Below are positions 59,284 to 64,000 of a DNA stretch of 64,000 nt, piece by piece (position 1 is the stretch's first letter; every line of letters starts with the position of its first letter). Position numbers and translations under genes: made by a program. The notes under the pieces are model-generated. The model did not search any database. It was not told where the DNA came from and worked only from the letters and a program-made list of their open reading frames with translations. This stretch comes from Candidatus Poribacteria bacterium (GTDB lineage: Bacteria > Poribacteria > WGA-4E > WGA-3G), in assembly GCA_965214095.1 (NCBI GenBank), contig OZ243938.1, forward strand, positions 1,472,001 to 1,536,000, in the 5' to 3' direction.

Positions 59284-60009
59284 GTGAACCGCAGAAAATT
59301 TTTGACGAATGGAAGTGCCCTATTAGCCGGCATATTTGTTGCTAAGAGTCCATTTAATGTCTTTGCAGACCATCATGAAAGTGACGATCATCCACATGGA
59401 CATGAACTACCAAAATTGCGTTACGACTATGACGCGCTTGAACCTTATATTGACAAACGCACAATGGAAATCCATCATGGGAAACACCATCAAGGTTATG
59501 TCAATAAGTTAAATGCAGCAATTGGCGACGATCATGCTTTAGCTGATCAATCTATTGAAGATTTATTGCGAGGTATAGATAAAGTTCCACAGAAAATTCG
59601 CCAAGCAGTAATCAACAGTGGTGGCGGACATGCTAACCACACTCTTTTCTGGAGCACAATGATCCCTGGTGGAAGAGAACTTAAGGGTAAAATTGCTGAA
59701 GACTTACAATCCACATTCGGTTCAATTGATGCTGCAAAAGAGAAATTCAACACCACAGCAAAAACGCGTTTCGGTTCAGGATGGGCATGGCTTGTTGTTG
59801 ATGACAAGAAGAAGTTACAGATATATTCAACTAAGAATCAGGATAGTCCACTGATGCAAGGTCACACACCTATCCTCGGATTAGATGTATGGGAACACGC
59901 ATACTACCTGAAATACCAGAACCGACGCGCAGATTATGTGGGTGCATGGGCAAATGTCGTTAATTGGACACAGGTTAACCTTAACTACACCACAGCAATG
60001 AAAGGTTAG
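59284..60009 (+). CDS. sodA: Mn/Fe superoxide dismutase (Mn-type signatures) with Tat signal peptide
   Basis: NRRKFL leader; [32 protein letters not shown]. Confidence 0.93.
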   Translation: MNRRKFLTNGSALLAGIFVAKSPFNVFADHHESDDHPHGHELPKLRYDYDALEPYIDKRTMEIHHGKHHQGYVNKLNAAIGDDHALADQSIEDLLRGIDKVPQKIRQAVINSGGGHANHTLFWSTMIPGGRELKGKIAEDLQSTFGSIDAAKEKFNTTAKTRFGSGWAWLVVDDKKKLQIYSTKNQDSPLMQGHTPILGLDVWEHAYYLKYQNRRADYVGAWANVVNWTQVNLNYTTAMKG

Positions 60010-60019
60010 GGGTGTATCT

Positions 60020-61156
60020 ATGGATCGTAGAGATTTCTTAAGAAGCAGCGGCTTAACGCTAACTGCCTTTATGCTCAGTCCATGGGCGATTCATGCCTTT
60101 CCTAAAATTGAAGGTGAAGAACTAATTCCATTTCTGGATCAACCTACACAAACCGCATCAAATCGTGTTTTGCTTGATTGGCATGAATTTGATTCTTTCA
60201 TTACACCTAATGATGAATTCTTCAATGTATCACATTATGGGAAACCGAAAGTTGATCTTGAGAATTGGAAATTAGAAATTAGTGGGTTAGTTGAAAATCC
60301 GATGACGCTCACAATTGATGACATCAAAGCAAGACCAAAGCAAGATGTAAGCTTTACGTTGGAATGCTCTGGTAACCACGGTTTTCCAACATTTACAGGT
60401 GCTATTGGTACCGCAAAATGGGGTGGTACGCCACTTGCACCTATCCTCAAAGAAGCGGGAATAAAAGAGGATGGTATAGAGGTGATATTTTTCGGACATG
60501 ATTCAGGCGAAGAAAAATTGAGAAAAATTACCATGCGTCAGAACTTTGCAAGAAGCATGTCTGTTGAGGACGCATTAGAAGAGACGAATTTGTTATGTTA
60601 CGAAATGAACGGTGTTCCATTACCTCATGACAATGGTGCCCCGCTTCGGTTGATCGCTCCCGGTTGGTATGGGATTGCATGTGTCAAATGGCTCAAACGG
60701 ATTGAGGTGCGGAACACAAGGTTTATGGGTAGATTCATGGCACGCGATTATGTGACCATGCGTAAAGAAACCCGTCCTGATGGTGAAACTGTATGGATGG
60801 AAACATCTGTCGGCAGAACTCAGTTGAAATCGTTAGCAGCCAAAGTGACACGCAATACTGATCAATACCGAATCTACGGTGCTGCTTGGGGAGCACCTAT
60901 TCAGAAAGTTGAAGTGAGTATTAATGGTGGTCCTTGGCATGCAGCTACGATAGACCCAGAAGAAGATGCTGAATTTGCTTGGAAAATCTGGCACCTTGAT
61001 TGGGGAAATCCAGCAAAGGGTGAACATACCATCGTCTCACGTGCTATTGATACGAAAGGGAATGTCCAACCTGCAGCAGATTCAGACTACATAGAGGGAA
61101 AACACACCTATTGGGAAAGCAACGGGCAGGTTGTCCGCAAAATTAACATTGAATAG
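60020..61156 (+). CDS. Sulfite-oxidase-family molybdoenzyme (SorA/SoxC-like) with Tat signal
   Basis: DRRDFL leader; LECSGN Mo-ligating Cys; NGAPLRLIAPGWYG..VKWL; C-terminal dimerisation domain. Confidence 0.9.
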   Translation: MDRRDFLRSSGLTLTAFMLSPWAIHAFPKIEGEELIPFLDQPTQTASNRVLLDWHEFDSFITPNDEFFNVSHYGKPKVDLENWKLEISGLVENPMTLTIDDIKARPKQDVSFTLECSGNHGFPTFTGAIGTAKWGGTPLAPILKEAGIKEDGIEVIFFGHDSGEEKLRKITMRQNFARSMSVEDALEETNLLCYEMNGVPLPHDNGAPLRLIAPGWYGIACVKWLKRIEVRNTRFMGRFMARDYVTMRKETRPDGETVWMETSVGRTQLKSLAAKVTRNTDQYRIYGAAWGAPIQKVEVSINGGPWHAATIDPEEDAEFAWKIWHLDWGNPAKGEHTIVSRAIDTKGNVQPAADSDYIEGKHTYWESNGQVVRKINIE

Positions 61157-61167
61157 GAGAACCCGAT

Positions 61168-61938
61168 TTGATTAACATTACCGATGAACAGAAACAGCAG
61201 TACCAAGAAGAAGGTTATTTCATTTTGGAAAGTGTGATTCCTGATAATCTTTTAGAACTGCTGCGCGGGGAATGTGGTACCTTCATTAATCAGATGGATG
61301 AGCGAATGGAACGGGAAGGCAAGGATGTGATGGGACTTAATCATCGTAATAAACGTTATTTTGTCTCAAACTGCTTTAGACAACAACCGAAACTTCGCGA
61401 ATTCCTGTTCAGCGATCTTATGGCAGAGGTGTGTCGTGCAGCCTTAGGTGACAATGCATATCTCTTTTGGGAACAATATGTTGTCAAAGGTGCTGAAGCA
61501 GGCATGAAATTTAGTTGGCATCAAGACTCTGGTTATGTCGGATACCCTGATCACAAACCGTATTTAACCTGTTGGTGTGCACTTGATGATATGTCTGAAG
61601 AGAACGGGACAGTATACGTCATGCCGTATTCACATATCGGCATCCGTTCATGGGTGAAACACATCCGTGAAGAGGGTAGTAATGATCTAGTTGGTTATTT
61701 CGGACCGGAAAAGGGAGTGCCTGCCATTGTTCCTGCGGGGAGTATCGTTGCATTTACAAGTGTCAATTTTCATAGTAGTGGCACAAATACGACAAATTCC
61801 ATGCGTAGAGCTTATTTAGCACAGTATTCTGCTGAACCACTTTTGTCGCACGATGGAAGTCGTTTGTGGGGAAATGCTGAGCCGTTGTTGCGCGATGGTG
61901 AGTCTGCTGTGGGTGAACCGCCACCAGAGGTTTCGTAG
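61168..61938 (+). CDS. PhyH-family Fe(II)/2OG dioxygenase
   Basis: QYQEEGYF, WHQD, WCALDD..ENG, HSSGTN..RRA. Confidence 0.9.
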   Translation: MINITDEQKQQYQEEGYFILESVIPDNLLELLRGECGTFINQMDERMEREGKDVMGLNHRNKRYFVSNCFRQQPKLREFLFSDLMAEVCRAALGDNAYLFWEQYVVKGAEAGMKFSWHQDSGYVGYPDHKPYLTCWCALDDMSEENGTVYVMPYSHIGIRSWVKHIREEGSNDLVGYFGPEKGVPAIVPAGSIVAFTSVNFHSSGTNTTNSMRRAYLAQYSAEPLLSHDGSRLWGNAEPLLRDGESAVGEPPPEVS

Positions 61939-61957
61939 TGTGCTTAGACAAAATAAA

Positions 61958-63223
61958 CTATTTGGGATTTATTTGCCGGTTAAACTGAGTCAGATAATTC
62001 CCAATCTTATCTTGTATCCCACGTGCTACTGCAGCAGAACCAACATAATGACTGATGAGGATTCCAAAAGCAAACACTTCACCATCGGCTGTCCGAGTGT
62101 AGCCAGCAAGTGCCGAAACACCACTTAATGTTCCTGTTTTCGCACGCAGAACTTTCTCTGCATACATGCCTTGCATCCTATTTCTCAATGTGCCATCAAC
62201 ACCAGCAATCGGTAGTGATGCTGTAAATTCTGGCATCAGCTCAAAATTGAGATACATATAGACGAGTAGATTAGTAAGCAGTTCCACGTTGAGAAGGTTA
62301 TACCGTGAAAGTCCTGAGCCGTCAACAAACCGATGTGCAGGTGGTTCAGCCATAATTTCACCTAAAAAATCAGTAATAGAATCTCTTCCCTTTCGCCACG
62401 TCCCGGGTTCTCCTTTAACCTCCGCTCCGATGGTTTTGAATAAGAACTCGGCAATCCAATTATCACTCGGTTTATTCATCAATTTGATAATCTCTGCCAG
62501 TGGAGGGGATAAATGGGTCGCAACAATCTGGGCATCAGATGGCACAGTACCAGCAATCACATCACCAGATACTATCATACCCCTTTGAATGAGAGTTGTT
62601 TTCAGAAGATTACCGCAGGCGATTGCTCTACTGCCAGTTTTTACATCAGGTTCAAGATCGCGTATACTTAACGCACTCACATGAAAAGGTTTGTCATCCC
62701 ACATCCAACCCGGACCTTCGCGGACAGTATCAAAGTAAGTTTCATCAACGACGATGTCTCCGATAATTGATTTTATACCTGCTTTTGCTAAAACATCAGA
62801 TAATCGTAGAATAAAACCAGATTCAAGAACCGGATCACCTTTACCTTTGAGATATAGGTTTCCAATTACATGCGGGTCATCGGTTTTCACCGCATGTAAT
62901 GTTGTTTCAAATTGAAAGTTCGATCCTAATTTCGCTAAAGCAGTTGCTGCTGTAAAGAGTTTCGTTGTAGAAGCAGGATGGTGTAGTTTATGTGCATTAT
63001 TGACATATATCATCTCACCAGTCTCTACTGAAACCACTTTGATACCTACGCTTGCTGTCCTAAACAAGGAATCCTGTAATACTTCATCAATATCTGAACG
63101 TAATTGTTCAAGTGGATTGACACCTTCTGGCGGCGGATGTTTTTCCACAGGTTTCGTAGAAAATATTCCACAACCTGAAATTAGGATTACCCAGCAGATA
63201 AGAATTACGTTATATATTCTCAT
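61958..63223 (-). CDS. dacB: D-Ala-D-Ala carboxypeptidase/endopeptidase (PBP4, peptidase S13), lipoprotein
   Basis: Lipobox ISGC; PASTTK (SxxK), SDN (SxN), DGSGLSR, KTG. Confidence 0.92.
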   Translation of the reverse strand: MRIYNVILICWVILISGCGIFSTKPVEKHPPPEGVNPLEQLRSDIDEVLQDSLFRTASVGIKVVSVETGEMIYVNNAHKLHHPASTTKLFTAATALAKLGSNFQFETTLHAVKTDDPHVIGNLYLKGKGDPVLESGFILRLSDVLAKAGIKSIIGDIVVDETYFDTVREGPGWMWDDKPFHVSALSIRDLEPDVKTGSRAIACGNLLKTTLIQRGMIVSGDVIAGTVPSDAQIVATHLSPPLAEIIKLMNKPSDNWIAEFLFKTIGAEVKGEPGTWRKGRDSITDFLGEIMAEPPAHRFVDGSGLSRYNLLNVELLTNLLVYMYLNFELMPEFTASLPIAGVDGTLRNRMQGMYAEKVLRAKTGTLSGVSALAGYTRTADGEVFAFGILISHYVGSAAVARGIQDKIGNYLTQFNRQINPK

Positions 63224-63273
63224 AACATGTTAATATTATCACACATTTTGAGAATATGAAAGGAAAACACCCA

Positions 63274-63493
63274 AGGGTTATTTAGTTTTCGGTTTTTCTT
63301 GTCCTTTTTCACAAATGCTAAATGCCTCAAGTTGGTAGGTGCGGTTTCCTAACCGCACCGAATTTGTGATAAAACCTTTCATAGTCAGTTTTATTGTGGG
63401 TTCCGGTGCGGTTAGGAAACCGCACCTACCGGCTTGGGTATTAACTTTTAGTAAATCTCTATTTTGGAAAATACTTAGAACTAAATAACCCTG
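63274..63493. repeat. MITE-like element, AGGGTTATTTAG shell enclosing an inverted REP pair
   Basis: AGGGTTATTTAGTT / AACTAAATAACCCT; GTAGGTGCGGTTTCCTAACCGCACC at 63335 and its inverse at 63405-63429; right half matches 30151-30238. Confidence 0.85.
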
Positions 63494-63660
63494 CCCAGAA
63501 TAAGTTTTATACTAATCGTTGTTTTATTATTGCCATTATGCAACTTAAAATTGTATAATTTAAAAGTTGTTGAATTGGTCAGAGTAATAACTTAGTCAAT
63601 TTCTAAGATCATTCCCGTTCTTGAGAATATTAGTATACTGAATTAATATAAGGAGTAAAC

Positions 63661-64000
63661 ATGCGTAAAATAGTCTTACTTTTAGGAATTACTTGTTTGT
63701 TCGGTTCAATCTTACCACATATTGCTTCGGCTGAAATTGATCCTGAAAAAGCAGCCGGTATCTGGTTATTTGATGAGGGAGCAGGTAATGATGTTGAAGA
63801 TTTATCTGGAAAAGAGAACCATGGTGCTATTACAGGGGCAAAGTGGGTTGAAGGTAAGTTCGGTGATGGACTTGAATTTAATGGTGGACAATCCGTAGAA
63901 ATTGCTTCAACACCAGATCTACAACTTGGTGATGAGCATACAATGATGGCGTGGTTATATGTAACAAACATAGCCGAACATCGGCAACTCATCGCAAAAA
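63661..64000 (+). CDS. Secreted LamG-domain protein (3' truncated by window)
   Basis: RBS AAGGAG, ATG 63661; MRKIVLLLG signal; 'GIWLFDEG..DLSG..HG..WVEGKFGDGLEFNG'; absent from the ORF track because it has no stop in the window. Confidence 0.85.
   Translation, partial: MRKIVLLLGITCLFGSILPHIASAEIDPEKAAGIWLFDEGAGNDVEDLSGKENHGAITGAKWVEGKFGDGLEFNGGQSVEIASTPDLQLGDEHTMMAWLYVTNIAEHRQLIAK

Noticed and set aside
63630-63992. Minus-strand 120-aa ORF at the window end
   Set aside because: Antisense shadow of the plus-strand LamG gene starting at 63661

Overview
An AT-rich (roughly 40% GC by eye) bacterial chromosomal window with about 50 protein-coding genes and no rRNA, tRNA or CRISPR array that I could see. 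The gene repertoire suggests Candidatus Poribacteria (inference): four PhyH-family dioxygenases, a sulfatase, LamG/WD40/ankyrin/MORN proteins, and secreted proteins ending in a 'VEPxxKLTTxWGxIK'-like motif. Recognisable blocks are: a glycogen cluster (glgC, glgP, GT3-like synthase, eukaryote-type glgB); an IS5-family element with a -1 slippery site, inserted between a consensus promoter and radC; iolC-iolD; a probable tetrahydrobiopterin operon (tandem PTPS, folE, sepiapterin-reductase-like SDR); an orphan hsdR plus M48 peptidase; and a Tat-SOD / Tat-sulfite-oxidase pair. The best candidates for undescribed biology are: (1) a dense, modular, nested population of small elements in which GTAG-led REP-like hairpins with compensatory stem changes sit inside several different terminal-inverted-repeat shells; (2) a MORN/zinc-ribbon - stand-alone PolX-N-terminal HhH - MORN operon, with a second HhH copy coupled to a WD40 gene; (3) an SHMT-like / Rieske / ankyrin / Rieske gene run; and (4) a putative C-terminal sorting signal. 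All functional calls come from motif reading only; no database searches were run.
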